Positions 49,601-62,865 of a stretch of DNA of 64,000 nt are shown here, piece after piece (position 1 is the first letter of the stretch; every line of letters starts with the position of its first letter). The DNA lies in NCBI GenBank assembly GCA_013239625.1, contig MU054001.1, positions 2,796,151-2,860,150 on the forward strand, written 5' to 3'. The notes under the pieces are model-generated. The model had not been told where the DNA came from and ran no database searches. It was given only the letters and a program-made list of their open reading frames with translations. This stretch comes from Lama guanicoe. Taxonomy: Eukaryota. The translations under genes and the position numbers were made by a program.

Positions 49601-50739
49601 CTTGTTCTTTTAACAGATAATATGAGCGGGCATTATCTGTATAGTAGTTTTCCCTTTGTCAATGTTTTCTATAACTCAGTTTCATGTTTGGAAAAAAAAA
49701 AGCCACACTCTCTACCTGACTGCATTCAATCAATTCCTAAATTAAGTAGTGCAAGTGGAAATGTAATTCAGTACATATATCCCTGAGGGGAAAGTGGACT
49801 ACAGATTTGTTAAGTGGGTTTCATTCCCTATTATTAACCATATCCCAATTTTTCTAGCTGGAGATGGGAAAGGGACAAGCATTTTTACTTTAATTAAATC
49901 GTTGTACTATCAAAACCAAACAACTACTCTAGAGTTTCCTTTGTTCAGGGAAACCACACATTTCTGTAGCTTCTACGTATGTCTCAAATATAATTGGAAC
50001 CCTTATTCATTTAAACTCCAAGAAGGCATGTTTATTTAAAAACTTGGCTGCCATGTTATTTTATACCAGGATATGATTCAACCTTAACATCTTTGCAGGT
50101 ATTTTCCATCAGCGTGCCAGATTGGGTCAAAGTCGGTATGGTGCCGGAGTGGCAAGCTTCAGAGACAACATTTTAAACATCTAAAAGCTTCATAAATAAC
50201 CATGCCTATTTGCTTGTAGTACAGACACTTAAAGGGAAAGGACAAACTCAATAGAAGGGTTGCTTGGCAACTCCTGGTATCCTCCTCAGCTAGCCAGCTT
50301 CCTCCAAAATTATCTTTCAAGAGAGACAGACACACATAGGCTAAATATTAGATAATTACACTTCAGTATCATTTATCAATCAGAAGAGGACCAAAAAAAA
50401 TCAAATCTCTAAAAGGAATTCTAAAATCCTAATCTTTCGATAAAAGTTCTGAAGACTATCTTGAAAGACCTTTTCATCTCACTGGCAGGTGTGATAGTAA
50501 AGCTAGGAAGACAGGACGGGTGTCTTTGGTTTCTAGATGATTGCTTCCCAAGGGCCTATATTCCAATCTATATTTTGAGCTAAACTGTCTTTGTGTTTCT
50601 CATAGAATTGAATACATTTGTTTCCTCACTGGTGGGCAAAGTTTAAAACAAATAACAGTCAGAAAATACTACACTTCATCCCAAACCCTTCAGTAAGTTC
50701 CTTTTTAAAATCAACTGGCATCTTTCGTTGGTATAAGGC

Positions 50740-51150
50740 TTTGAAGTAGCCTAGGCATTGTGGCCACAGAGACGTTAAGTTCCAGTCTAACTCAGCCACA
50801 TACCAGAAATGTGATAGGTTCTCTCTGGGCCTCAGGTGTGCTCATCGGTAGGCGTGGGAGACTTGCCTTCTATTTTAAGTGGCTATTATAATGTCTATTC
50901 ATTGCAGTTGTATATAAGGCAAGTGACACCAAGCCAGGCACATAGTAGACTTGAATTAATAATAACTATCCCTATTAGTACATTATTTCATTATACTATG
51001 TCTTCTATATTATTAGTTCAAATATTACTATTCCCATTTTAGGGACAACAAGAATAGAGAGGGGAAGAAATCTCCCAGGTTCATGCTGCCAGTTCCAAAA
51101 AGCGAGACAGGACCTGACCCCACGCAACAGCATTAGCCATGAGCTTCACA
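50740..51150. mobile_element. Two MIRs tail-to-tail (+ then -)
   Basis: CTCTCTGGGCCTCAG...AGGCACATAGTAG; then TACTATTCCCATTTTAG...CCCAGGTTCA. Confidence 0.6.
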
Positions 51151-52329
51151 TGGTTAATTAGTGAGGCTGAAATGATCAAGACGTCTTTTGGCTCAAACAC
51201 AACACAATATTTTTTATAGATTCATAATAGAAATAAGCAAGATGCTGAGCACCTGAATTTAATAAAGCATCCTTGTTCCCATAGCTGTCGATATTGGCTA
51301 TAAGATTCAAAATCAGTTTCAGGACACTGGCCTCCACCATACCCCAAGATCACCCTTGTGAGCTGTTCATTTCTTTTGAACAACCACCCTAATGTGTATC
51401 CCCCAACAGATTAAATGCAGCATTTTCCCCCTTTGCATTTTTGTAGCCTGATGCAGGTTGTTCCTCTCAGCTAGAGTGGCTTATGTGGTCAATCTGTCCA
51501 TGGGAGTATGGTGATTAAAATTGCAGATCCATGGTGAATGTGGTGGTATGTTGTTAGATTAGGCTGATGACTATTCTTAGGAACATTTTCTAATTCAAAC
51601 ACAGGTATTTTTCTTCCTCAAAATCAGAACAAACAATCTGCAAGATCAGACTGCTGATTCCATTCCCTGATACGCTACGTTCCTAGCAGTTTGGTATGTT
51701 TCATCCTCCTCTGCAGGTGGGTCTTCTTCAACATGGCCATTCTTACCTGTTGACTTTTAGTAGCAAGTCCTCCTCCAAACCTTCAAAACCACTCTTTATT
51801 CAGATGTGAATCTGTCCTTTTGCTGGTGGAGTAACACACTCAGGACCTGAGAGCAGTGACGAGAGATAGATGGGAGCTGAACTGGTGGAAGATAGTAGAG
51901 AAGTAGGGTGAGGATAGGACAAAATCCAATTTGGCCTTGTGAGATGACCTTTTGTTCCCCACAGACATACTTCTCCAACTCTAAGACATGACACATTTCA
52001 GTCAAAAGCCAAAGTAGCATCCTTATCTAATTCATTACAAGTTTGAAATGAAATCTTAAAAATGTATGTGTGTATTGTGGGAGGTATCATGGAGGGGAGA
52101 AAAGTAGAAGAGTTGATCAAAATGTGTATGTTGGGACAGAGGAAGTATGGGGGCCTCTTAGACAAGACAGTGGCTAGGCAGAGGGCTTTTAGTGACTTTT
52201 CTTTGCTAAAATCCTGTATACTAATTCTGTATATTACTGAGACAGATATTGCTGCTTACCTAGACACTATCTTTCTTATAAAAAAATACCATGTCCTTTT
52301 TTCAGGCACTCAGTGTGCCTCATTACAGT

Positions 52330-53075
52330 TATTTACTATATCAGACCCCTGGTCACTTGAAGTGGGCACATGACTCAATCATGCCCAATGAAACATAAAT
52401 TAAGAAGTTTAGGGAAAGCTTTTTCTTTCCTAATATCAATATCATCATTCTAGTTTCTCCTTTCTTCTTTTTCCTGCCTCGAATAGTGTGGGGGTAAAGG
52501 TATGGAGATACAGCAGCCATCTTGTGACCATGAGGTAATATGGACATGGGCAAATACTGACTAAGAGGGAGCAGAGTATCTAAAAGGAAAGCCCCTGGGC
52601 CACCATCCTAAGCCACATCCCAGCACCAGACTGCTGCCCACATACTCCTAGCAATGAGGAGCAGTGTTTCATTATTTGAACTAAACACATTCCAGAGTTT
52701 ACTTCTTAGTCACAAAAAGTATTAAACTGTTATTCTTGATTATCTGAGAACTCTTCTCTATAAACAGTGATTCAGGGGTCTTGTTTTTTTCCTACCTGGC
52801 GGCTCTGCCATCTTCAAGAGATGGTTTTCAAAGTCACCCTGTGTGTGGACTGCCAGCTGGAAGAGTGGGAAGAGAGAATATTGTGGGGTGAGGTGAGGGC
52901 ACTAGGAGGGTATGTACCAGTTCCAGAAGTGACACATGTCACTTCTTCCCTCTTTCCATTGGCCAGAATCAGCCTTCAGTCAGAACTAACTGCATGTGAG
53001 GCTGATAGTGCAGTCCAGCTGTGTGCTGAGAAAGAAGAAAAGAAGGGTTTGATAAAAAGCTAGTTGGCATCTGTG
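52330..53075. mobile_element. Two adjacent old MaLR/MLT1 LTR remnants
   Basis: GGGCACATGACTCAA, CAGCAGCCATCTTGTGACCATGAGG; then CCAGAAGTGACACATGTCACTTC...CCATTGGCCAGAA. Confidence 0.6.
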
Positions 53076-53479
53076 GCAAGCACTAAAACCTTCCCTAGTG
53101 TGTCAATGCTTCATCCTTGGGCTGTTGCCTTAGATACCTGAGGGATGAGTTGACACCTAAGTTTACAGTCACACCGCAGCCTTCTTTTGGTATTTGGATG
53201 ATGGGATGTGAGTATACACAAGCAACCAGGCTTGTGGTTGCTTCCTCGTCAACTGACGAGGAAGATGAAAGGGTAGGGAGGGTGGCAGGGTCTGGACAGA
53301 GATATTAATTTCCCTGTTTGACTTGAGGTGAGCAGGATGTGTGGGAAGAGAGGAACAAAAATTAAACTTCAGAACCTTCAAAACCACACATTGTATCTCA
53401 TAAAATTACAAATAGGGTATAAATAGCTAGTATTTGTTTGACCAAGGTTCTTTATTAACCTTGTTGCTGGAGGGGGATG

Positions 53480-53712
53480 GGGTGCAGTGGTTAGAAACTC
53501 ACGCTTGGACTTTGAATCCTGGCTTCACCACTTAGTGGTTCTGTGATTTGGGCAAATTCCTTAGTCACTCTGAGTCTTGGTTTCTTTCTCTGTAAAAAAG
53601 GAGATAATAAAAATGATTGCCTCATAGGAATGTTGAGAGCATTCAATGAGATGAAAAACACAAAGCCCTCAGTATAGAGTCTGACCTATAGTGGGCATTC
53701 AGTAAATGTTAG
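53480..53712 (+). mobile_element. MIR followed by a (GAT/GAC)n tail
   Basis: TTTGAATCCTGGCTTCACCACTTA...TGGGCAAATT...TCTGTAAAAAAGGAGATAATAA...TCAGTAAATGTTAG. Confidence 0.85.
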
Positions 53713-53799
53713 ACGATGACGACGATGATGATGATTTTGTATGGATAAAACTTTTTATTTAGTTCAAGAGGCCCTTAAGTGCCTAAAGTCAACTTAGCA

Positions 53800-54870
53800 C
53801 TTTTTTGCTTTTTTAAAAATTTTACTGTGGTAAGAACACTTACCTTGTGATCTACCCTCACCTAATTTTTAAGTGTACATTATTGTTAATTATACATACA
53901 ATGCTGTACAGCAAATCTCCAGGGCTTTTGCATCCTGCTTAACTAAAACTTTATGCCTGTTGATTAGTGACTCCCTGTTTTTCCCTTCCCCCAGCCCTTG
54001 ACAACCATCGTTCCACTCTTTGATTCTATGAATGCAACTATTTTAGATAACTTCTTGTAAGTAGACCCATGCAGTATTTGTCTTTCTGTTGATTGGCTTA
54101 TTTCACTTAGCATAGTATCGTCAAAGTTCATTCATGTTGTTACATACTGCAGAGCGTCCTTCCTTTTAAAGACTGCATAGTATTCCGCTGCATGGATATA
54201 GTATATTTCCTTTATTTATTCATCTGTTGATGAACATTTAGACTGTGTCCTCATAATGACTATTGTGAATAGTGCTGCAGTGAACATGGGAGTGCTAATA
54301 TCTCTGAGATTCTGATTTCAATTCTTTTGGATAAATACCCAGAAGTGGGATTGTAATTAAAAAGCTTCTGCACAGCAAAGGAAACCATCAACAGAGTGAA
54401 AAAAAAAAAACCCTACAAAGTAGGAGAAAATATTTGCAAATCATATGTCTGGTGAGGGATTAATCTCCAAAAAAATATAAGGAATTCTTCAACTCAAAAT
54501 TAAAAAAAAAAGAAACTAATACCTAGATTAAAAAATGGACTTAGGACACGAATGGACATTTCTCTAAAGAAGACATGCAAATGGCCAATAAGTAAATATA
54601 TAAAAAATTCCTCAATGCCACTAATCATCAAGGGAACACAAATCAAAACTACAGGGAAGTGTATCACTTCACACTTATCAGGATGGATATTAACAAAACA
54701 AAACAAAACGCAGTAAGTGTTGGTGAAAAATTGGCTCCTTTGCATACTGTTGGTGGGAATGCAAAGTGGTACAGTCACCATGAGAAACAGTATGGAGGCT
54801 TCTCAAAAATGAAAAATAGAACTACCATATGATCCAGCAACCCACTTCAGGGTATTTATCCCAAAGAATT
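53800..54870 (-). mobile_element. 5'-inverted (twin-primed) L1, L1MA-like
   Basis: 53800-54353 is an antisense L1 3' UTR with a T tail; 54354-54870 is sense-strand ORF2 3' sequence (AAAAGCTTCTGCACAGCAAAGGAAACCATCAACAGAGTG). Confidence 0.85.
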
Positions 54871-55349
54871 ATTATTATTAAAAATTATGATTCCTCAGCT
54901 TGGAGTGTCCAGAGAAAGCCTCTAGATGGTGCTGAAGCAGAGACTCAGCTTGGCATCCAATCTGAGAAGCTCATACGTAGTTAGTTGCTTATCATTTATC
55001 CCAAGCCAGGCACTTCACAAGTCAAAACTAACTGCATTGGATGAAGTAATCTGGAAAACGTCCCCCCTCTCCTTTACCTCTGCTAGTCTTTGGAGTGGGA
55101 ATTGTTGGCCGTTCTTTGGTTGCTCCCTAACGTAGTATCAACCCCCAATCTCGTGTAAATCTAATGAGACAGCACATGTTAAGTGCACACGGTACTGCTT
55201 AATGAACATTAAATGCTCAGTAAGTGCAATTTCCCTTTTTTGTCTCTAACAGGCAAAAAATATTTCCCTCTATTTCTTTCCTAATCAGCATGGTCAGTGG
55301 GCAGCAATCTTTGCCTGTTCTATTCCATTTAAATGAAAGGCTGTTAGAT

Positions 55350-55520
55350 GTAGAGATTTCTAGTTTGGGCTCTGGACTCAGGCTTGGGCTTAAAACCCAG
55401 CACCAACTAAGAGCTATGTGATCTAGAACGTGCTATGTACTATTATTTCTAAACTAGGGATGACAACACATCACCTGTTTGAGGGAATGAATGCGAAGTA
55501 CACATGTAGGCATCTGATCC
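55350..55520 (+). mobile_element. MIR fragment
   Basis: GGGCTCTGGACTCAGG...AAACCCAGC...AGCTATGTGATCT. Confidence 0.6.
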
Positions 55521-57469
55521 ATGCTGTTTCCTTTCCCCCTTTTTAAAACATACCTGCTGAACGCCCAGTTCACCCCTGTGTTGCACTTTTCACCATGGCT
55601 CTTCCCTAATGCCCTGGCTGTAAGAGGGGGTATCCACAGGACACTTGCCTTCCATCAAAACCAGCCTTCCCTGTTCCTTTTTTCTCAGGACCCTGTCTTC
55701 TCTTCTGCTTGTGATGAGTTAGCTGGATGAACTAAACACAGCCAGGGGAGCTAGCCAACTAGGTTCCCTAAGGCTGTTAGTGGTGGTGGAAGGATAACGT
55801 GAGTGTAAGTCCTCTCTGACCAGCTGAGTTATCTGGGACAAGCCATGACACATCCCCCAGTGCCATCTCCTCATCTACCAGATAAAGGGTGGACTGAATC
55901 CTCTCCACTGGTCCCTCCTGCCCTTCGTCAGTGTACTTTCTGAGTGCAAAGGTGGCTACAACGGGCAGCAAGAGAGGCCAGGAGACCATGCATCTCTCCT
56001 AGAGGTGAGAATGGGTCTTGGTTACCCTCCTACTTATGCATTTGACTATTTTCTCAACCTTCATGGGGAGCTGGACTGACCGATTGGTTGGAGACTGAAA
56101 TCCTCTGAATCACAAAGTCAGTCCTGAAGGGCAGTGTGGGACTAGGAAACATGGATGCCTGGGGAAAGCTGGTAACTTGGTGCCTCTTTAAACATGTTCC
56201 TGACATGCCTGTATATGTAGTGTGTGTGCACGAACTTGATATATCTAAGAATGAAAATGAATTGCAAACAAACAATTCATATGCCTCTGCCTTTATGTTC
56301 AAATGAGGGGCTTATTAAGGCCTTGAAAAGAGATGTTCCTTTAAAATATTTGTTCATTAAAAATACAGATCAATATAAACACAAAAATTACCCCAAATTT
56401 CACCACCCACATAAATTCTGATGATCCAACAAAAGTATGTGCACACAGTCGGAATATGTAAACAGGACAGAAAGGAGGAGGATGCAGAGAAAACCCTTCT
56501 CTAGACCCTTTTCACTGCTGTTATTTTCTGCGACTCTTCCGGGAGCATTTTACATATTTGCCGTTATACGTGTGCCTGAGTGAGCATGTGCGTGTACTCC
56601 CACACACACACATTCATTGCAGAGAAGGAATTTAACAAATGTGCAACTTCCATTGAATGTAATCTTCTATTTCAATTTTTTGTCTCACTATTTTTCTATT
56701 ACTCAAAGCAGTATAATGTTGATCCCTTACAGTCACCAACATAAGGGTAATTTATGCAGATATACTGAAGTTTTGTTCAAGCTGCCTCTAAAGTGCCTTT
56801 ATCTGGCCTTTACAATGGTGAAAATTTTTAGTAACCCTTGTCCTCTCCTAGGTTTTCTTTTGCAATTTTCCAAATCAGACATCTTCTTGGGAGGCATATT
56901 AAAAGGGTTTGAAATTCGGATAATAAAATAAATTGCTCATTTCCTGTAAACAGCATTCCAGCATGCATTATTCAGTTTCAGAATTATCCTGATTGCAACT
57001 ACTGACTTCAGGCAGCTATGCTCTCTCTCTGTTCTCGAGGTGGGTGTCATAGTAGTCGTATTTTGAAAAAAATAAATCAGGAACTTTCAGAGAGGATTTT
57101 TGTTTGTTTTGTTTTATTTCGTTTTAATCTCCAATTATGGGAACTGTCTACTTTTGTGGGACCAATGTATGTTTTACCAATTCTGTAAGGAGTTGCATGT
57201 GGAAATCTGAATTAACTGGAAACATGTTGGCAGTCAGTATAGAGGGTGTTTTCCTGCCCCCTGCAGAAAGCTAGCTATGACTGTATTGTTGATCTGACCT
57301 TAATCAGAATCTCCTTAAGACCAGGGGCAACTGAATGAGTTTTCCTTGATTCTATTGGGAGGGGGTGAGTAGGATGGAGACATTCTTAGAAGCATCCGGG
57401 TTTCTCTGGGGAGGGAGCGTAGAGCAGAACAGAAGAGGAGGATATACACATTCTCCACTTCTCTGCACA

Positions 57470-58210
57470 CAGGTCACCTCAAATAACGTAATTGATGCCA
57501 CTCTCATAATCAGGACTGCAATGCAGCTAAGACGGTTCTCACGCTCATCATCGTTGGACCATCTCTGTGATAACTCTCAGACGTGTCCTCTTAAGAGTGG
57601 GACAAGGCGGGAAAACGGTCACTTTAACTTTGAGGAACACTAAAAACACAAACTATGTCACGTAAAATTACAAATCAGTTCATAAAATTGTAATAACTGA
57701 CCTGCACAATGTGAATTTCCTGAACTGGGCACTCAGATTGGGCACAAGTAACAGGTAATGAAGGGACTTTACAGAGATGATTAACAAGGGCCTCTACTTT
57801 TTATTAGACTCATTTTGCTAATCCCTAAAATTAAGGAATTCCAGGTGTATGGAGCCAAGTATGCAAATGATTTCCTTCCGCCTAGCTGCTGATTTCATAA
57901 AAGGTCCTCAAACAGAGAAATAAAACACACAGAATGGGAAAGCTTTATGGCACAGTCGAGAATATTGTGCCTTTAAATAGTTCAGACAAGCAGTGCGTGC
58001 TGTAAATTCGCCACAGAGACAAATTTGTGCAAAGCTATAAAAAGAGCCAAAGTGAAGCTGAGAGGAGAAGGCTGGAGTGGGGTGGGGGCCGGGAAAACTC
58101 TCAAGACCTCGGTGGCCAAGGCCGTGTTGATTCAGCTGAGGCTGCCGCTGCCCGGGGAGCGCTGGTGGGGAGCACAAGGTACAGCGCCGTGGCTCATTCG
58201 ACACAGAAAC
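57470..58210. promoter_or_regulatory. Putative enhancer/promoter-like element
   Basis: Repeat-free; octamer ATGCAAAT 57861-57868, TCATAAA/TTTATGG motifs, TATAAAAAG 58036-58044, 9 CpGs in 58088-58201. Confidence 0.4.
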
Positions 58211-58284
58211 AGATGGAGGAAAACTGGAGACCTTTTTATCCAAGAGGGGCTGGAAGCATTGCATTTTCTTGGTGTTCTAGTTGT

Positions 58285-58624
58285 AATGGGTTGGCAAACT
58301 ATAGGCTGAGTGCCAAAAGCCAACTAAGTGCCAAAAGCCAACTAACCACCTGTTCTCCTATGGCCCGAGAGCTAAGAACAGTTTTTGCATCTTTAAGCAA
58401 TTGGGGAAAAAAACAAAAACAAAAACCAAAAAAGCATACTATTTTGTGACATGCGAAAATTGTATGAAATTCAGACTTCAGTGTCCATAAATAAAGTTTC
58501 ATTGGAATGTAGAATGTAAGATCTATAGCTTCTTTGTTTGACAACAATAAAGTTGAGCAGTTGCAACAGAAACCGTATGGCTTGCAAAGCCTAACCTATT
58601 TCAGAAAAAATTCGAACATCCCTG
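58285..58624. mobile_element. MER58B-like MITE with an 18-bp internal tandem duplication (58309-58344)
   Basis: GGGTTGGCAAACTATAG...GGCCCGAGAGCTAAGAA...TGTCCATAAATAAAGTTT...CCCTG. Confidence 0.85.
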
Positions 58625-58632
58625 CTCTAGAG

Positions 58633-58845
58633 CAGGGGTTCTCAAAGTGTGGTCCCCGGGGCAGCAGCGTTAGTATCACCTGGGATCTTGCTAGAAATGC
58701 AGATTCTCCGGTAATACCCAGATCTGCTGAATCAGAAACTCTAGGGGTGGGGCCCAGAAATCTATAGCTTAAAGATCCTCCCCTCTGATTCCCCCCACCA
58801 CCCCGGCAGGTAATTCTGACGCGCACTTGAGTTTGAGAACCGCTT
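58633..58845 (+). mobile_element. MER5A
   Basis: CAGGGGTTCTCAAAGTGTGGTCCC...AGAAATGCAGATTCTC...CTGAATCAGAAACTCT...AGTTTGAGAACCGCT; TSD CTCTAGAG/CTGTAGAG. Confidence 0.9.
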
Positions 58846-59039
58846 CTGTAGAGTAACTCCATAGCTAGAGCCTGGTGGGACACTGAATAGTAAATCCTTT
58901 CAAGAGTTGGCACAGGGTCTTTATGAAGGTGGGGCATTCTCGGCGGGGAAACTTACAGCCACAGTGGATACCCTGGGCTGCCACCTGGCTGGCCTGCCCC
59001 TGAAGGACCGTGCTGTAGTAAAGTGAGAGGATTAAATAT

Positions 59040-59200
59040 TGTTGGAAGGCCAGCCACTCCATACACAGAAGTAGCAGGTACTATTGGGGTCTCCCATTGT
59101 ACAGATGGGGCAGTAAAGAACTTGCCTAAAGTCATACAAGCAGAAGAAACAGCCTTCAAGTATGGGTCTGTGTGACCTCAACATCTGAGTCCCTTCCACT
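59040..59200 (-). mobile_element. MIR fragment
   Basis: CCCATTGTACAGATGGGG...AACTTGCCTAAAGTCATACA. Confidence 0.7.
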
Positions 59201-60174
59201 AGCCTATGGTACCCTTGAATGAACATCCTTACACATTCTGTAAGGACCCATCTCATTTCAGGCTCTGAGAAATTCCTGGGAGCTGGTGGCTTGGATTTTG
59301 GAGCACACACCCTGCCAAGCATGGGGTCTGCTCTCAGGGCTAGCATTATGGTGAGAGTCATTTTGCAAAGTGAAGGGAAATCAGGGGCCTCTTTGGGAAA
59401 ATGTCTGGTTATTCACAGTATTTATATGTGTAGAACACAGAATATTCTACTGTGAAAATATTGAGATAACAACTGCTTGGGGAGCATTTTCAGTGAAATA
59501 TTTACTTCGGAGAACAGGAAACATGTCTAACGATAAAAAAAAATTGTAGGCGCATCTGGGTGAACATTATTTAGCTGCAAGTGTTTGCTTAGATATTTTT
59601 AATATACATTTATGCACTTTAAATTTATTTTATTGGGAGAAATAAGGACTTTGGGGAGAAGAGCTGGGGCATAGATATTTAAATGTTCTGGGCAGATGAA
59701 TACAGCCCCTGGTATGAGATGATTCTCCCAGCTGCTTCTGTTTGACGGATTATCCTGATGCCCTTTGTTTTATTGTAGTGTAAAGTAATGGGTCTGCCTG
59801 GAACAGTTTGCTGACAGATGAGAGCCTTGGTCTGTCACTGAAATCCCAAGAATTTAAAGGGAAATACATAGCAATTCACCTGGGCTCCCACTTATTACCT
59901 GCAGTGAAGGGCTGGAGGTGGGGGTGGTGCATGTGTGGATTGACTGGCTTTTATTTTAACTTTCAAAGAAGAGATTTCATCTATGTTCCTGCAGAGACCG
60001 AAGGTGCAGACAGGCAGGTGAATGTCTGTGCCATCTCCCAGGCACATTAATCAGATTTCCTGCTTTTCCAGTAAAAGGTCACTTTACTCAGACAACTTCT
60101 CTTACAGTTCATGTGTGGGACATTTGTAGGGAAGATGTGAGGCAAAGGATCTGGATGGAAAAATCTTCTGCTGT

Positions 60175-60445
60175 TTTATTTAACTTTTTTATTCCGAAGT
60201 GATAATAGACCTGCAAAAGGTTGCAAAAACAGTGCAGAAAACCCCCATGTGCCATTCACTGAGCTAGTGAATGTTAACCTCTTACATAACTGTAATACAT
60301 TATTAAAAAGTGATATTGGTACAATACTGATAACTAGCATACTGGCTTTATTGTGTATCACCAGTTTTTACATGCAGTCATTCTGTGTGTGTGTGTGTGT
60401 GTCTGTGTGGTTCTGTAAAATGTTACTACATGAACAGATTATCTA
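60175..60445 (-). mobile_element. L1MC/MB-like 3' end with (TG)n
   Basis: GTTGCAAAAACAGTGCAGA...CCCATGTGCCATTCAC...AATGTTAAC...TTACATAACT...GATATTGGTACAAT. Confidence 0.7.
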
Positions 60446-60684
60446 ATATGTTTTTAATCATTAAATATTAGCAACTATCACCATATTGTTTCTATCTTTT
60501 GAATGATTGAAACATAAAATACAACATCCTTTGTATCTTTTATCCCTTCTTTTCAACCACTCTGTCATTGCGGTGGGCCTATGCCCTGATATCATGAGTA
60601 CTTGAGGCTTCTAGCCCCATCTTTACTCCCTAGGTGATATGAGAAATTGTGAAATGTGATCAAGAGGAAATATACAATTGAGTC

Positions 60685-61070
60685 ACTATGTTAGACATTG
60701 TAAGTGTTAACCAGTGAATCTTGTTCCCCTCCATGTTTGGGCACATGGAAGATTATACCTCTCCTCTCTCTTGAAGTTAGCCATGGCCATGTGACTTGCT
60801 TTGGTCAGTGACATGAGAGTAGAAGCCTTTCCCAGGTTCCTCCTCTCCTGTCACAGATCGTGGAGGTTAAGGTCTATATGGAGATGCCATGAGACCAAAG
60901 CCACCTGGAATGCTGAACAATTACATGGAAGATAACCCAATCCAAGAGCATAACTCAACCAGCAACAGACTTACCTCGAGTGAAAAATAAACTTTGTTGT
61001 GTTAAGCCACTGATATTTTGGTATCATGGTTGCCTAACCTAGCCTTTGCTGACTAGTGCAATGCTGTGGC
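60685..61070 (+). mobile_element. MLT1 (H/J-like) LTR
   Basis: TTGAAGTTAG...GGCCATGTGACTTGCTTTGG...AAATAAACTTTGTTGTGTTAAGCCACTGA...AACCTAGCCT. Confidence 0.8.
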
Positions 61071-61284
61071 ATGGTGCCATCTTGGGAGAAGAAGACGGGG
61101 TATCTGGCTCTTCTTCCTCATGGCATGACCTTGCTAGGATTGCTTGCTCTGCTCTGGGAGAAACTGCTCTTCCATGGCTGGTGGGGTGAAATGGGCCTGG
61201 TGTTCCTTCCTGCTTAAGAAGTGTCTTTTTCTGCCTCTCTTTGCCCCACCTTAGAAGGCCAAGCAGAACCGAGGTGAGGCTCAC

Positions 61285-61385
61285 TCCTCCTCCTGAATCA
61301 GAAACTCTGGAAGTTGGGTCCTGGAATCTGTGTTAATGAGCCTCCAGGTGATTCCAATTCACATTCAGGCTTCAGACCCACTGGC
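61285..61385 (+). mobile_element. MER5-family fragment
   Basis: CTGAATCAGAAACTCTGG...GGAATCTGTG...CCAGGTGATTC. Confidence 0.7.
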
Positions 61386-62569
61386 CTAGGTGCTCCCTCA
61401 CTTCCCTTTCGGTGGCTTATTTGCTGTTTCGTGAACCCTTGAAAGTCTAGAAATACTGGAGTTCTGGCTCTCTACCAATCTTCATGGAATCTAGGAACAT
61501 CTTTTAGAGAAAAGATAGAGCATGCTCTGCCCTGCACTGGTGTAAGAGGTGGGATTTTTATAACTCTCACTGATTTTAGGCACAGGAAAAGATCTCTTTC
61601 AAGCTGAATGGGGCCCGAAGGCTTCTCTCCAATTACTCGGAAGTTCTTCTATGGTTGTTTTCTCTTTTTCACCGTCACATGCTCCAGCTCAGATGTTATG
61701 GTTACGGTTCATGGTTGGCTGCCTTGCTGCGATTTTCCAGCTTAATTCTTCCATACTCATTGGCATTGTAATTATAACTGTATTTTAAAAGAGGGAAGTG
61801 ATGCTTATCTTAATGGGAAGAAGTGTAATAGTACAATCATCAGAGAGATTATTTTTCTCATGGGACTTTCACGTCTCCTGGGTGAAGACCCTTTTGGTGT
61901 ATGCATGGTCAACGTTGGCTACGGTCATTCATACCACTGCATTCATATGCATGCATCACCATACTTGGATACCTAAACTGCACGCTAAGCCTACCTTAGG
62001 CACTAAAGAGGGGTTCTTCACAATGCTGTGATGTCTTTATTCACAGGCAGCAATGAAAACCTCCCTGAGCTGAGCTGGCCACACCAGGCATCGCCCCAGC
62101 CAAAGCAAGGATCAATACTTGCAGCTTGGAATCTTATTATCTGGCCCAGTGTGTAGACCACAAGTCCTTCAGGGAAAAGTCTAGTGAGAAAAAGCCAACA
62201 TCTGGGTTCCAAATTGGACGGCTGTCAGGGATGCCCTGTGCAAAGGTGGAGAAGTGGTGTAGGTTTTGTGAAATGGAACATGGTGGTACCTAGAGTGACT
62301 GAGAATTTTACTTTATTATAGGAGGCAGGAGACAGGATGCCATGAACTAAACTACAGACCTGATGGTGTCACCTTTTGCTCCTGTTAGAAAAGAAGAATC
62401 CCAAATGAGTAGTGGTGACAGTGTGCTGGCATGTGGGTGCTGGCTTCTCCTCTTTGAGTGGCCCTCACACTTGGGAATATTGCATGTCAAGGGCATTATA
62501 TTGACAGATTGAGGACTCTTTATAATCAGGCAACCAGGCACCTTGGGGGCACAGTGCTGGGTTTTATTT

Positions 62570-62849
62570 TTCACTTGTTATTAAAAATAATAAGCGCATA
62601 ACACAGAAAAATTAAAAGATAAAAACATACGTAACAAGCAAGGAAAAATTGCCCAGGATGACAAAACAAAAGGTAACTTTTATTGACAAGTTGGTATATG
62701 TACTATCAAAGTTATGTATAAGATATAATAAAATTGGTATCATACTGAGTATACATTACGGTGTTACATATTTTCCTAAGTAGTACAGAGTAAGCTATTT
62801 ACTCATATCATTATATAGGCTCTAAAATTATTTAAATCCCTACATATTT
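62570..62849 (-). mobile_element. L1ME-like fragment
   Basis: AAAATTGGTATCATACT and an AT-rich antisense 3' L1M signature. Confidence 0.4.
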
Positions 62850-62865
62850 CATTTGTTTGCTTTTT

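Noticed and set aside
54500..54781. 93-aa minus-strand ORF
   Set aside because: Antisense reading of the L1 ORF2 remnant.
58027..58449. 140-aa ORF with an SAKSQL repeat
   Set aside because: Runs into MER58B; the repeat comes from an 18-bp tandem duplication within the MITE.
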